From positions 1,056,001-1,120,000 of the forward strand of contig CAXXMB010000001.1 of NCBI GenBank assembly GCA_963668675.2: a stretch of 64,000 bases of DNA. Direction: 5' to 3'. The notes under the pieces are model-generated. The model was not told where the DNA came from, made no database searches, and worked only from the letters and a program-made list of their open reading frames with translations. A program made the translations under genes and the position numbers. Origin of the DNA: an uncultured Desulfatitalea sp. GTDB taxonomy: Bacteria > Desulfobacterota > Desulfobacteria > Desulfobacterales > Desulfosarcinaceae. Of this stretch, positions 38,340 through 48,639 are shown piece by piece (positions within the stretch are counted from its first letter, which is position 1; the number at the start of each line of letters is the position of its first letter).

Positions 38340-41138
38340 CTACTCGTTGGCAGGCGTCACAGGTGTATCGGCTCCTGTATGAGTCTGGGCGTCTTCCCCT
38401 TCATCTGATTCCGCTGGCGTCTCCTCCGGCGCCTTGTGCACCTCAACATCCGAGGGCACCTGTTCCGTTGTCGGCGCGGATTCAATCGTATTTTCCGGCT
38501 CAGGTTCCGGTGCGGCCACCGGCTTGTTTTCCATGGTGGGGAAACGCTGTTCGAGGTCCTCCATCTCCTTGCTCACGCGCTCTTTGAGTGTTTCGTAAGC
38601 AGCCTCAAGGGAAGTTTCCATGACGGCCACCCTGCCCTCGCTCATGATAATACGCTGCAGTTCGGGAATGCTGACCCTGGAGGTGGATTTGAGATAGACC
38701 GGCTGAATAAAGAAAATGCTGTTTTCCACCGGCATGATAATCATCTTGCCGCGCACCACCGATGAACCGGCCTGATCCCACAATGTAAACTGCTGGGCAA
38801 TGGCGGGATCCTGGTTGATCAGGGCATCGATCTGGGCCGGTCCATAGACCAACTCGCCTTTGGGGAAATCGTAAATGATGATCTTACCGTAGTTTTCCCC
38901 GTCGCAACCGACAACGGCCATGGAGCGCAGGTTGTCGCGTCCTTTTGGGAACATGGGCAAAAGCAGCATGAAATCAAGCTGTCCCGGTTTGATCAGGTCG
39001 AGGGTCAGGTAGTAGGGCTTCAGGGGGACCGTGGTCTCTTCACCCAGTGCCTCGGCAAACGTCCACAGGTCTTCCTGCTGGAAAAAAACCTGGGGATCTG
39101 TTTGATGGTATTTTGCATAGATCTGCATCTGAATATCGAAAAACCCTTTGGGATATCGCACGTGCTTTTTTAAATCCTCCGGCATGCTCTCCTTGTCTTT
39201 AAAGAACCCCGGATAGATGCGCCGGTAAGCGTTGATGATCGGATCGGATGTATCGTATGCGTAAAAATCCACGTTGCCGTGGTAGGCGTCCACCACAATC
39301 TTAACGCTGTTGCGGATATAGTTGATGGTGCTGTTTTTCTGACGATAGGTTGCGGACGCAGGATACCATGCTGAAGTGGTATAGGCGTCGATGATCCAGT
39401 ACATCCCTTTGGGTGTGACAGCAATGTATGGTGTCTGGTCCAATTTCAGATAGGGGGCCAGATAGCGCACCCGCTTGAGAACCTGTCTGCGGAATAGAAC
39501 TTTGCTCTTCTCTGTGATCTTGGTCGAGAAAAAAATATTTCTGTTTCCAAAGTAGTAGGCGAAGAGCGCTTTGCGCGCCAGTGATGAGATGGGCACGCCA
39601 CCGCGCCCATCGTAATCCCTGGTCACATTGCTGCCGCCTTTTGGGTAATCCATTTCACCGGCCTTGTTGGGGGCAATGGCATATGGATACTCGGAGAGAC
39701 CATAGTATATCCGGGGCTGGCCGATCTCGATGCCGTATTGCGATTCGGCCGGGATGTTGCGCACGAACCAGGTCATGGGGTTGCCGCTCACCTGGCTGGC
39801 CGGCGTCATGACCAACCCATTACCATGGGTATAGATTATGTGATTGTTGATCCAGTTATTGGCATCACCCGGCAGGTTACCGTATTCGAGTTCCCGCGGT
39901 GACAGAAACACCTGCTGATAATTGCCGGCCACAGTGTAGCGGCCCACGCTGACCAACGGAAAAGTGTAGTAAGAGCGCAGCTCCTGCATCTGCTGGAAAA
40001 CCGTCTCCAGAGTGGCGGCATCCCACACCGGGATGTTGCGCAAAATGCCCTGCACCTGATTAACGGCCGATCCTATGGGAAACCGCTGGTGCTTGAAATC
40101 GAGCGTCTTCACATCGTTCAGGTCGTACGCATCCAAGGTTGTCTGGATGCTTTTGCCGATGTAGGCACTCTCCTTTTCGATCTCATTTGGCTTGACCCAG
40201 TAGGTCTGCACAAGTTCGGGGAAAAAAGTGGTATGGCGCGCGGCCAACGCCACCGCCAGGCCGACCAAGACGCCGACGAACAGTTTAATCCCTTTGCGGG
40301 ATTGCATCACCACGATCAGCATGATCCCCGTGGCCGCCAGCAGTGCCATACTGACCCAGATGAGCGGGACGATGATGTTCATCTGCACGTAGCCCGGACC
40401 GAAAAAGAGGGGTTGATGGCTGATGTCGTAAACCAATCCATAGCGCTGAAGCATCAGGCCCCAAATTTCGATGGCGAACACGCTGAGCAGCAGGATGCTC
40501 AGATGCCATTTGGCAACGCCCGAGAATGAAAAGAGCCGTTTGACCAGCAGCCGGTTTTTAATCATATACAAAATGAAAAGGGCGGCCAGCAGTACCAGCA
40601 GCGCGAAAAGCACTCTTCGCTGCAGCATGCTGTAGATGGGAAAGGAAAAGAGGTAGTAGGAAACGTCCCTGCCGAAGAAAGGCTCCTGGACACCGGCCCC
40701 CTGTCCGAAAATAAAGAAGAGAAACTTCTCCCAATGCTTGTAAAGTGGCATGGCCAGCGGGATACTCATGGCCAGTGACAGCGGTGCGTAGACAATGATG
40801 GAGCCGCTCTGAAAGGCTTTTATGATCGATCTGTATCCTTTCGGGCTTGAATTTGCTTCGCCCTTGGGTACCCGCCTGAGCGAGCGGGAGGCGATCCAGA
40901 AATTCAGGAAAAAGATCATGAAAAAAAGGAGTGAAACACCGGCAAATACCAAATAGCGATAGAGCAGGCGTTGCCAGTAGTAAAACTGATAACCGAGGCT
41001 CTCGAACCACCAGATATCCACCAGCTCGTTGATACCCACCATGCTGAAAAGAACGAAAATCAAAGCAAGCAGGGCGAGGATGGCGATGGAGACGATCAGG
41101 CGGCCTGAAAATTTTCTGTCGGCTTTAGTGTTTTGCAT
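38340..41138 (-). CDS. UPF0182-family membrane protein
   Basis: WWFESLGY, VKPNE, YTHG, WIIDAYTT and NYIRNSVK motifs. Confidence 0.93.
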   Translation of the reverse strand: MQNTKADRKFSGRLIVSIAILALLALIFVLFSMVGINELVDIWWFESLGYQFYYWQRLLYRYLVFAGVSLLFFMIFFLNFWIASRSLRRVPKGEANSSPKGYRSIIKAFQSGSIIVYAPLSLAMSIPLAMPLYKHWEKFLFFIFGQGAGVQEPFFGRDVSYYLFSFPIYSMLQRRVLFALLVLLAALFILYMIKNRLLVKRLFSFSGVAKWHLSILLLSVFAIEIWGLMLQRYGLVYDISHQPLFFGPGYVQMNIIVPLIWVSMALLAATGIMLIVVMQSRKGIKLFVGVLVGLAVALAARHTTFFPELVQTYWVKPNEIEKESAYIGKSIQTTLDAYDLNDVKTLDFKHQRFPIGSAVNQVQGILRNIPVWDAATLETVFQQMQELRSYYTFPLVSVGRYTVAGNYQQVFLSPRELEYGNLPGDANNWINNHIIYTHGNGLVMTPASQVSGNPMTWFVRNIPAESQYGIEIGQPRIYYGLSEYPYAIAPNKAGEMDYPKGGSNVTRDYDGRGGVPISSLARKALFAYYFGNRNIFFSTKITEKSKVLFRRQVLKRVRYLAPYLKLDQTPYIAVTPKGMYWIIDAYTTSAWYPASATYRQKNSTINYIRNSVKIVVDAYHGNVDFYAYDTSDPIINAYRRIYPGFFKDKESMPEDLKKHVRYPKGFFDIQMQIYAKYHQTDPQVFFQQEDLWTFAEALGEETTVPLKPYYLTLDLIKPGQLDFMLLLPMFPKGRDNLRSMAVVGCDGENYGKIIIYDFPKGELVYGPAQIDALINQDPAIAQQFTLWDQAGSSVVRGKMIIMPVENSIFFIQPVYLKSTSRVSIPELQRIIMSEGRVAVMETSLEAAYETLKERVSKEMEDLEQRFPTMENKPVAAPEPEPENTIESAPTTEQVPSDVEVHKAPEETPAESDEGEDAQTHTGADTPVTPANE

Positions 41139-41483
41139 CTTCTCGGGGACTTCCTTCTTTGTTGGACAATCTTACCCGGCCGCAAGCTTCAACAAAATAT
41201 GGTGACAGACTTAATGGCACAGGCTTTCGTAGATAACGAACGGGTTAATATGGCGAACCGCCGGTTACTGCGCCGTCATTGTACGCACGATTAAGGCAAC
41301 ATGCAACACCTTCATGTTTGCTGCGTTCAACTGGGCACCATCTGTGATGTGGTGACCAAAAACATCCATGACCTTCAACGATACGCTTCGTTCCACCCAC
41401 GGCCTTACTTCTTGGGAAAGTGCGGTGGCGTGCATATTGACAACTTTGTATCGACATGACAAAAGGGTTGCCGGACTCACCTT

Positions 41484-42623
41484 ATGGAAACCAGTCATCT
41501 TATCATTTTGGAAGACGCTTCGGCCATGGATGCCGTCGAGGACCAGAGCATCGAACTGGTGGTCACCTCTCCCCCCTACCCCATGATCCAGATGTGGGAT
41601 GAACTCTTTGGTACGGCCGACCCTTCGATCGAAAAGGCCTTGTCAGAAGGAGACGCCGACCTGGCTTTTGAAAAGATGCATCGCCTGTTGGACTGTGTAT
41701 GGGACGAAATCCGCCGGGTGTTGCGTCCGGGGGGGGTGGCGTGCATCAATATCGGAGATGCCACACGCACTTTTGACGGCCAGTTCCGGCTGTTTGCGAA
41801 CCACGCCCGCATTATTTCGGCGTTGACAGAGAGGGGTTTTACCCAGTTGCCGGCCATTCTATGGCGCAAACCGACCAACGCGCCGAACAAGTTCATGGGC
41901 TCGGGCATGCTGCCCCCCAATGCCTATGTGACCCTGGAGCACGAATACATCCTGGTGTTTCGCTGGGGCGCCAAGCGTGAGTTTTCACAGGAGGAGCCAA
42001 AGCGGTCGCGCCGGGAGAGCGCCTACTTCTGGGAAGAGCGCAACGGCTGGTTTTCAGATCTGTGGTTCGATCTGCGTGGTGTGGGCCAGGGAATGACTCC
42101 CAAGAACGGTAGAGAACGAAGCGGTGCGTTTCCTTTTGAACTGCCTTATCGACTTATCAATATGTACTCCGTTAGAGGTGATACGGTTCTCGACCCGTTC
42201 CTCGGTACAGGCACAACGATGCTGGCGGCCATGTGCAGCGGTCGAAACAGTATCGGTTTCGAAATCGAGGAGGCCTTCAAGACCATCATCCTGCAGCAGA
42301 TGGTTTCGGTACCGTCAATTGCCCAACAAACGGTCGAGCGACGAATCGAAGAACACCTTGCGTTTGTCTCCCAGCGCATAGCGGCCGGTAAAAATCTGAA
42401 ACATACCAACCGGCACTACAACTTTCCGGTGATGACCCGCCAGGAGGAGGAGCTGCGCTTCACCACCATTCAAGACATTCGATTTGTCGGAAGCGATCAT
42501 TTCCGCATCACATACGGAGAGTCGAAGCCGCCTCAAGAGCCGGAGTTCGGGCCTGAACGACCAACTGAAGAGCCCCACGGTACCAAGATCGTTCCCAAAC
42601 GGCGCCAGCTCAAACTGTTTTGA
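41484..42623 (+). CDS. Orphan beta-class N4/N6 DNA methyltransferase
   Basis: VVTSPPY precedes VLDPFLGTGTT. No adjacent endonuclease gene. Confidence 0.9.
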   Translation: METSHLIILEDASAMDAVEDQSIELVVTSPPYPMIQMWDELFGTADPSIEKALSEGDADLAFEKMHRLLDCVWDEIRRVLRPGGVACINIGDATRTFDGQFRLFANHARIISALTERGFTQLPAILWRKPTNAPNKFMGSGMLPPNAYVTLEHEYILVFRWGAKREFSQEEPKRSRRESAYFWEERNGWFSDLWFDLRGVGQGMTPKNGRERSGAFPFELPYRLINMYSVRGDTVLDPFLGTGTTMLAAMCSGRNSIGFEIEEAFKTIILQQMVSVPSIAQQTVERRIEEHLAFVSQRIAAGKNLKHTNRHYNFPVMTRQEEELRFTTIQDIRFVGSDHFRITYGESKPPQEPEFGPERPTEEPHGTKIVPKRRQLKLF

Positions 42624-42668
42624 TCAAAGCGTTGCCACAACCTTCGGGCATCCCCATTTGCAGATCGA

Positions 42669-44822
42669 TTATGATGCGCCCTCCAGGATTTTACGAATTT
42701 TTGTAGAGAGTTGATTCATATTGAAGGGTTTCTGGAGAAAATCGCTGCCCCCCTCCCGCAACAGGTTTCCGGTCTCCTCCATCACGTAGTAACCGCTGGC
42801 AAACAGGACTTTCACATCGGGTTGAACCTGTCGCATCTCCTTGAAGACCGCCTCCCCGTCCATGTCTGGCATCACCATATCGAGGATGACCAGATCGATG
42901 CTCTCTTTGTGCTCGTTAAACAGATCCAGGGCGGCCTGTCCGTTATTGGCGATCAACAGGATGTATCCCAACCCCTCCAGCATCAGGCGCGCTACGTCGA
43001 TGATGTAATCCTCGTCATCCACCAACAATATGGTCTCCGAACCCAGCTTGATGGATTCACTGGGCACATCATCGACCTGCGGATGCTCTTCGGACGCCGG
43101 CAGGTAGACCTCGAATGTACTGCCCATACCAGGACTACTCTTCACGGTGATGATACCGTTGTGGTTTTTCACGATACCAAATACCGAGGCGAGACCCAGA
43201 CCGGTGCCACGCCCCGGCTCCTGGGTTGTAAAAAATGGCTCGAAGATGCGCCGCCGAGTCTCCTGGTTCATCCCGATGCCGGTATCGGTAACGCTGATTT
43301 TGACATACTGCCCAGGCTCCACCTCGAACGGCTTGGTAAAGACGCTGTCCAGAGTGACATTGCCAGTACTGATATACAGATCCCCACTCCCGTTCATTGC
43401 CTGCCAGGCATTTAAAAAGAGGTTGACCATCACCTGCTCGATCTGGCTGCCATCAGCCATCACTGTCCATAAATCCTGCTGGTAATTTCCATGGATCGTA
43501 ATCGCCTTGCGGGTGCGGCCGAACATATCGGCGGCACTTTGCAGTATCTGGTTCATGTCCATCGGCTTGACCACATATTTGCCACCGCGCGCAAATCCGA
43601 GCAGTTGCTTTGTCAGTCGCGATCCGCTGTCGACGCAATTCTCTATGTTTTTCAGTTTTTCGGTAAGTGAGGGTTCCGATTCGGCGTCGATGTACATCAG
43701 GGATACATTCCCCTGGATGCCCATTAATAAGTTATTGAAGTCATGTGCAATTCCACCAGCCAAGGTACCGAGAGACTCCATGCGCTGCGCCTCCTGGAAC
43801 CGGTGCTCGAGCATTTTGCTCTGGGTGATGTCCCGGACCAGGTTCAAGGTCCCCGGCTTGCCCTTCCAGTTGATATTGACGGTGTTCAACTCCACCCAGG
43901 TAATTTCGTTATCCTGATCGAGCACCCGAAATGAGATGGCATGTGGCTTGGCGTCCTCACCATTTAGACGGGAGGTGAAATAGTCCGGATCCTTCCCCCT
44001 GTCCTCCTCGTGAATGTACTCGATCAGCGAGCGACGCAGGTTGGATATGCCCAGCTTACGGGCCATCTCCACCGCCTTGCGGTTGGAGAACCTGAACTGA
44101 TTGTCCTGGTAGATGAAGATGCCCTCATTGGCATTCTCAACCAACAGGCGGTATTTCTCCTCCGATTCGACCAGGGAGGCCTGGCTCTGTTTCAACTCCG
44201 TTATATCACGCCAATGTTCGACAATTCTGAATACACGGCCATCCATATCCTTTATGGGATAGGCGCGGATATCCATCCATACACCCTTGGCATCAATATA
44301 TTTTTCCAGTTGGGAAGGTTCGTTTGTTTCCAGAATCTGGCGGGTAACGCAATTTTCGCAGGGGGCGCCCTGATCGATCAACTCGTAGCAGCGCTTTCCG
44401 ATCACCTCATCTTCCGCTTGATCGAAGAACTGATATCCCGCCTTGTTGAAGCGTATGATGCGATGGTTGCTGTCCTGAACGCCGATGATGTCGGGGATAG
44501 CGTTGAGCATCGTCTCCAGCATCAACGAAGCTTCCCTGAACTGGTCTTCGAAAGCACGTCTTTCGCGCTCTGCCAGACGCCTTTCCCGGTTCTCCTGCAT
44601 CAACTTCTCGTTGGTGTCCATCAGCTCCGCTGTGCGATTGGCCACCAAGGATTCAAAATGATCCCGGTAGCGTACCAGCTCGATTTCCAATCGTTTATGA
44701 TCGGCGACCACCCTGCGAATTCTCTCCTCAGCCGCTTTGCGGGCTTCGCGCTCCTGTAACAGCTGCGCCGTTAGAGATTCGTCGTTGGGTTCCGGTTCTT
44801 TTTTCGTTGCGTCGCTGGTCAT
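42669..44822 (-). CDS. Cytoplasmic PAS hybrid histidine kinase
   Basis: Coiled coil, two PAS domains, LAGGIAHDFNN, HATPase and REC (DMVMP). Confidence 0.92.
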   Translation of the reverse strand: MTSDATKKEPEPNDESLTAQLLQEREARKAAEERIRRVVADHKRLEIELVRYRDHFESLVANRTAELMDTNEKLMQENRERRLAERERRAFEDQFREASLMLETMLNAIPDIIGVQDSNHRIIRFNKAGYQFFDQAEDEVIGKRCYELIDQGAPCENCVTRQILETNEPSQLEKYIDAKGVWMDIRAYPIKDMDGRVFRIVEHWRDITELKQSQASLVESEEKYRLLVENANEGIFIYQDNQFRFSNRKAVEMARKLGISNLRRSLIEYIHEEDRGKDPDYFTSRLNGEDAKPHAISFRVLDQDNEITWVELNTVNINWKGKPGTLNLVRDITQSKMLEHRFQEAQRMESLGTLAGGIAHDFNNLLMGIQGNVSLMYIDAESEPSLTEKLKNIENCVDSGSRLTKQLLGFARGGKYVVKPMDMNQILQSAADMFGRTRKAITIHGNYQQDLWTVMADGSQIEQVMVNLFLNAWQAMNGSGDLYISTGNVTLDSVFTKPFEVEPGQYVKISVTDTGIGMNQETRRRIFEPFFTTQEPGRGTGLGLASVFGIVKNHNGIITVKSSPGMGSTFEVYLPASEEHPQVDDVPSESIKLGSETILLVDDEDYIIDVARLMLEGLGYILLIANNGQAALDLFNEHKESIDLVILDMVMPDMDGEAVFKEMRQVQPDVKVLFASGYYVMEETGNLLREGGSDFLQKPFNMNQLSTKIRKILEGAS

Positions 44823-45188
44823 CTGTACAAAATCGCCTTTTTAAAAACGGATAATCGAAACTCCTGCTGTAACACCAATTCTTTTAATGACGCGGCACTT
44901 TGGAAAACCGTATAAATTCAACTGGAATTATTTTTTATAACATACTGTTCAGGTCAATAAAAAGGCTGAAATGAGATCCTGAAAATCAAACCAACGCCTA
45001 TATGTACCGAGCTCGATACCGTCTTGATGCACACAATTTCCCAAAACCCGTTCCAGGATTCAAGTTTCGATCAAAGCTGTCGATATGACAGTATATACTC
45101 GTTACACAAAGCGGTCAGGCCTGTATTGCAGAGGTGCACAGGCCACCGACAAAGTTGGTTTTTATTGAATTTTTAGCGGGTTGCAAAG

Positions 45189-47690
45189 ATGACGGAAATG
45201 GATCAAGACAACAGCCCCGATAAAGACGACTCCGAATTCGACGACGAGTTGGACAGCCTGAGCTCGGATGAGAAGGCGGCCTTCGAAAAGATCATGGCCG
45301 AGATCAGCGCTGCGACCGGCACGCCGCAAGAAGCTTCGAGTGCGCCCGCCAAGGAAGCCAAGCCCAAAGAAGCGCCAGCGTCCGCCGAGGCTAAGGATGA
45401 AGCGCCCTCACCCATTGGGACCGACACATCCAATCCAGATATGGATGAAGAGCCATCCCCAGCTGACAAAACAGAGAACAGCGCTACCGTTTTGGAGAAA
45501 GCTTCGACGGACGATCCTCCGGATGAGGACGAAGAGCCTCTCGATGAGGAGCAACAAGCCGCACTTGACGCCATTATGGCAGAAATAGAAGGAAAGAGTG
45601 GTGGTTCGAACAGGGATCCGGATTCGTCGCCACAGCATGATGGTGATGAGGAAGCAGCGAAATCCCCTGAAGATTCGGCAATTGAGGAAGCTCCGGCCAC
45701 TCAGGAGGAGCTGGATGATGAGGAGCTCTCCGATGACCAGCAGGAGGCCCTCGATGCCATCATGAACGAAATCAACTCCAAACGCGGCGGCGATGCCGAC
45801 ACCAAGGAGGCGCCAGTCGAAGCGGAAAATAAAGACGATGAGGAGCTCTCCGACGACCAGCAGGAGGCCCTCGATGCCATCATGGCTGAAATCAACTCCA
45901 AACGCGGCGGCGATGCCGACACCAAGGAGGCGCCAGCCGAGGAGGAGAATAAAGACGATGAGGAGCTCTCCGACGACCAGCAGGAGGCCCTCGATGCCAT
46001 CATGGCTGAAATCAACTCCAAACGCGGCGGCGATGCCGGCACCAAGGAGGCGCCAGCCGAGGAGGAGAATAAAGACGATGAGGAGCTCTCCGATGACCAG
46101 CAGGAGGCCCTCAATGCCATCATGGCTGAAATCAACTCCAAACGTGGTGGTGATGTCGATACCAAGGAGGCACCAGCCGAAGAGGAGAAGCAGGAAGAAT
46201 CGGAAAAGAGCAATTTAACCATCGAAGAGTTCGATGATGAACTGAACAACCTCTTGACCGAAGCGGAGCCGGCAGAGAAACCTACTACAAAATCGCCGGC
46301 AGCCCCCTCAACTGGCAAAGCTGCGTCGCCGACGGAGGAACCTCCCGAAGAGGCGCCAGAGGCCGCAGCTGAAAAAGCGTACCCCATCCTACAAGAGGTA
46401 CCCGTTGCCGAGAATAAGGTTCGAACCTCCAAAAACAAAACGGCTGGTCGAACCCCTTTTCTAACGCGTGGGAAAAGGCGTCTTCTCACCGCTTCACTCG
46501 CCGCCTGCCTGATCGTTTGCGGCGGCTATTATGCGTACCGGTATTTCATGACCAGCGAGGCACCTTCAACGGTTGCTTCTGAAAGGGGCCAGATCGACCA
46601 ACCGGCCGTGCAGGCGGCTGCCGGTGAGACTTCACCTTCGCTCCAGGCGGTACGTGCCGATGAATCCGGAACAGATGAAGCGGGAGAGGCAACCCTGATA
46701 GCGCCCACCCATCCGGAGACGCTCCCGACCGTTTCGGCCCAAGAGGAGGGTTTCTCCTCCTTGAAGCAGCGCTTGTTCGCAGCCCGGGAGCAGATACAGG
46801 CCAAGATTACCGACATCAACCAACTGAAAAGCTATTATGCCCGTGGCATCGAGGAGGAGAAAGAGAAGATCGAGCAGTCTCTCGAACAGGGTCGCATCCC
46901 CTCATTTAACGAGGCCATGGGCAGCAAAGGCATCGAGCTGGCCTTGAGAGCCATTCAACGTCGTAAAACTTATATTGCCAAGCTCGGCACCCCCATATCC
47001 CAACTCAGTGACATGGCAGAGGAACTGCTCTATCTCGAACGACGAACCGATGTTATCGAAACATTGGCCAACGGGATAAACGGATTACCGATCCAGTCCT
47101 TTGAGAACGAAGCCACGGCCATCGTCACAGGCTATCTGCAATACAATACCCAACTCTCCATCGATCAGGTCGAGGCAGCGCCGATCGAGCTCTCTTCCAT
47201 CTGGGACGATATTGCTTCGGAAATCAGCCAAAAGAGCAACCTGCTGGCCCAGCGCGCACCACTGAACCGCGCCATCAGCAAAGAGATCTGCATAGGAAAT
47301 TACGAGCGCAAATATCTGCTGACCGCTCTGTCAGCCCAAACAGCAACCTGTCTGGTTCGATGGCCGGGCAAAGACCTCTATCTCAATGCCGTGAATGAGT
47401 TGACACCGGAAGTGGCCAACGTGCTGTCCCAGTGGCCCGGAGAGTCGATCAGCCTTAACGGCATCAAGGAGCTGTCGGCGGAATCTGCAAAGCATCTCGC
47501 TTCGTGGCCGGGGAAACGCCTCTCCCTCAATGGATTGACCCATCTGTCACCCCAAGCGACAACCCATCTATCCCAGTGGCAGGGTGAACAGCTCGAAATG
47601 GTCGGTCTGCATACGATTGGCCCATGGGAAAATTACGGTACCCGTCTATTTCTATCGGAAAAACTGAGACGACAACTGGAGGAACAATAA
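45189..47690 (+). CDS. Large membrane-anchored protein: acidic repeat N-terminus, single TM, coiled coil, LRR-like C-terminus
   Basis: D/E-rich repeats, TM LLTASLAACLIVCGGYYAY and three to four WPG..LSLNG..ELS repeats. Confidence 0.8.
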   Translation: MTEMDQDNSPDKDDSEFDDELDSLSSDEKAAFEKIMAEISAATGTPQEASSAPAKEAKPKEAPASAEAKDEAPSPIGTDTSNPDMDEEPSPADKTENSATVLEKASTDDPPDEDEEPLDEEQQAALDAIMAEIEGKSGGSNRDPDSSPQHDGDEEAAKSPEDSAIEEAPATQEELDDEELSDDQQEALDAIMNEINSKRGGDADTKEAPVEAENKDDEELSDDQQEALDAIMAEINSKRGGDADTKEAPAEEENKDDEELSDDQQEALDAIMAEINSKRGGDAGTKEAPAEEENKDDEELSDDQQEALNAIMAEINSKRGGDVDTKEAPAEEEKQEESEKSNLTIEEFDDELNNLLTEAEPAEKPTTKSPAAPSTGKAASPTEEPPEEAPEAAAEKAYPILQEVPVAENKVRTSKNKTAGRTPFLTRGKRRLLTASLAACLIVCGGYYAYRYFMTSEAPSTVASERGQIDQPAVQAAAGETSPSLQAVRADESGTDEAGEATLIAPTHPETLPTVSAQEEGFSSLKQRLFAAREQIQAKITDINQLKSYYARGIEEEKEKIEQSLEQGRIPSFNEAMGSKGIELALRAIQRRKTYIAKLGTPISQLSDMAEELLYLERRTDVIETLANGINGLPIQSFENEATAIVTGYLQYNTQLSIDQVEAAPIELSSIWDDIASEISQKSNLLAQRAPLNRAISKEICIGNYERKYLLTALSAQTATCLVRWPGKDLYLNAVNELTPEVANVLSQWPGESISLNGIKELSAESAKHLASWPGKRLSLNGLTHLSPQATTHLSQWQGEQLEMVGLHTIGPWENYGTRLFLSEKLRRQLEEQ
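45714..46190 (+). repeat. Four tandem 120-bp coding repeats
   Basis: AGGAGCTCTCCGA(T/C)GACCAGCAGGAGGCCC at 45721, 45841, 45961 and 46081. Confidence 0.96.
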
Positions 47691-47693
47691 GAG

Positions 47694-48278
47694 ATGAGAA
47701 TTGACCGCCTCTTTTTCGTCATCATTTGCGGGTTCAGCATGCTGTTGTCCGGACCTGTCATCGGGGCAAGTCGTGTCGATGCGAACCCCAAGGCTGCAGA
47801 GCTCCAGCAGAAGATTGCGGACATCAACCTTCTCCTCCAACAGATCAAAGACCGCTCTGCCCATGTGCAATCTATACGCAACGCGCTCGGCGAGCGGCAC
47901 GATGCGCTGACCTCTGAAATCCAGATCATCCGAAAAAGTCTGGGCATCAAAAGCATCAAACAGGCCCAGCGCCACCTGCGTCTCCACTACAATCTCGACC
48001 TGTTGTGCACCATATTTACATATATGGATGAACTGGATGCTAAATTGTTGCTTCTCCAAACGGGGCGGGATCGACTCAACTATCTCAGGCAATTGGCGGA
48101 AGATGATATCAGGATGATCACCACCCTCAACGATCTCAAGATCGAAGCCCTCACCACCCAGATATCTCTGGTGATCAACCGCTATTTACCAGAGGCCCAC
48201 ACCATCCAGATCGACCCCCAGCACCTGCCCCTTTTGACCGTGCAACAGGTCTGGGATCGACTCACCAAAGGAAGCTGA
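47694..48278 (+). CDS. Secreted coiled-coil hypothetical protein
   Basis: Signal-like N-terminus, 3 bp after the upstream stop. It echoes the coiled-coil part of the upstream protein. Confidence 0.7.
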   Translation: MRIDRLFFVIICGFSMLLSGPVIGASRVDANPKAAELQQKIADINLLLQQIKDRSAHVQSIRNALGERHDALTSEIQIIRKSLGIKSIKQAQRHLRLHYNLDLLCTIFTYMDELDAKLLLLQTGRDRLNYLRQLAEDDIRMITTLNDLKIEALTTQISLVINRYLPEAHTIQIDPQHLPLLTVQQVWDRLTKGS

Positions 48279-48397
48279 CGGGCTGCCCTCGTCAAGGATC
48301 ACACGCAACACCTATCTCAATAGGAAACAGAGCTGTTTTTTTTGCCATCGCTCTTGCTAATTCTTCTCCTTGCGTCTAAATATGTTTCTTAAGGTCA

Positions 48398-48550
48398 ATC
48401 CCTGAAAATGCTGCTGATTAAGTGATCCTGCCTGGGAGAGATTGACTGCGGGTTCCGGTCCCACACCAAGAGCGAAACCCATCAGGTGACAGGCTTCAGG
48501 TCATTTAGCCCCTTCAGCGCAAAAAGCAACCATCCGCTCTTTCAGCGAAT
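48398..48550 (+). ncRNA. Candidate structured RNA (long hairpin enclosing a glycine-riboswitch-like junction)
   Basis: Nested complementarities CTGAAA/TTTCAG, GCTGA/TCAGC, TAAGTGATCCTG/CAGGTCATTTA and GCCTG/CAGGC around GGAGAGA...CACCAAGAGCGAAACCCATCAGGT. Confidence 0.4.
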
Positions 48551-48639
48551 ATCGCCGATGATTTCCCAACCCAAAAAGATGCTTTTCCCAGCGCTGATCC
48601 AATCGAGAACCAACAGCCCATCATGCAAGGAGGATCTCC

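Noticed and set aside
41245..41480. Short Cys/His-containing ORFs between UPF0182 and the MTase (possible controller or restriction gene)
   Set aside because: No HTH or nuclease motif and no clear RBS; more likely a divergent promoter region.
45714..46190. CRISPR array or non-coding repeat
   Set aside because: 120-bp in-frame coding repeats without spacers.
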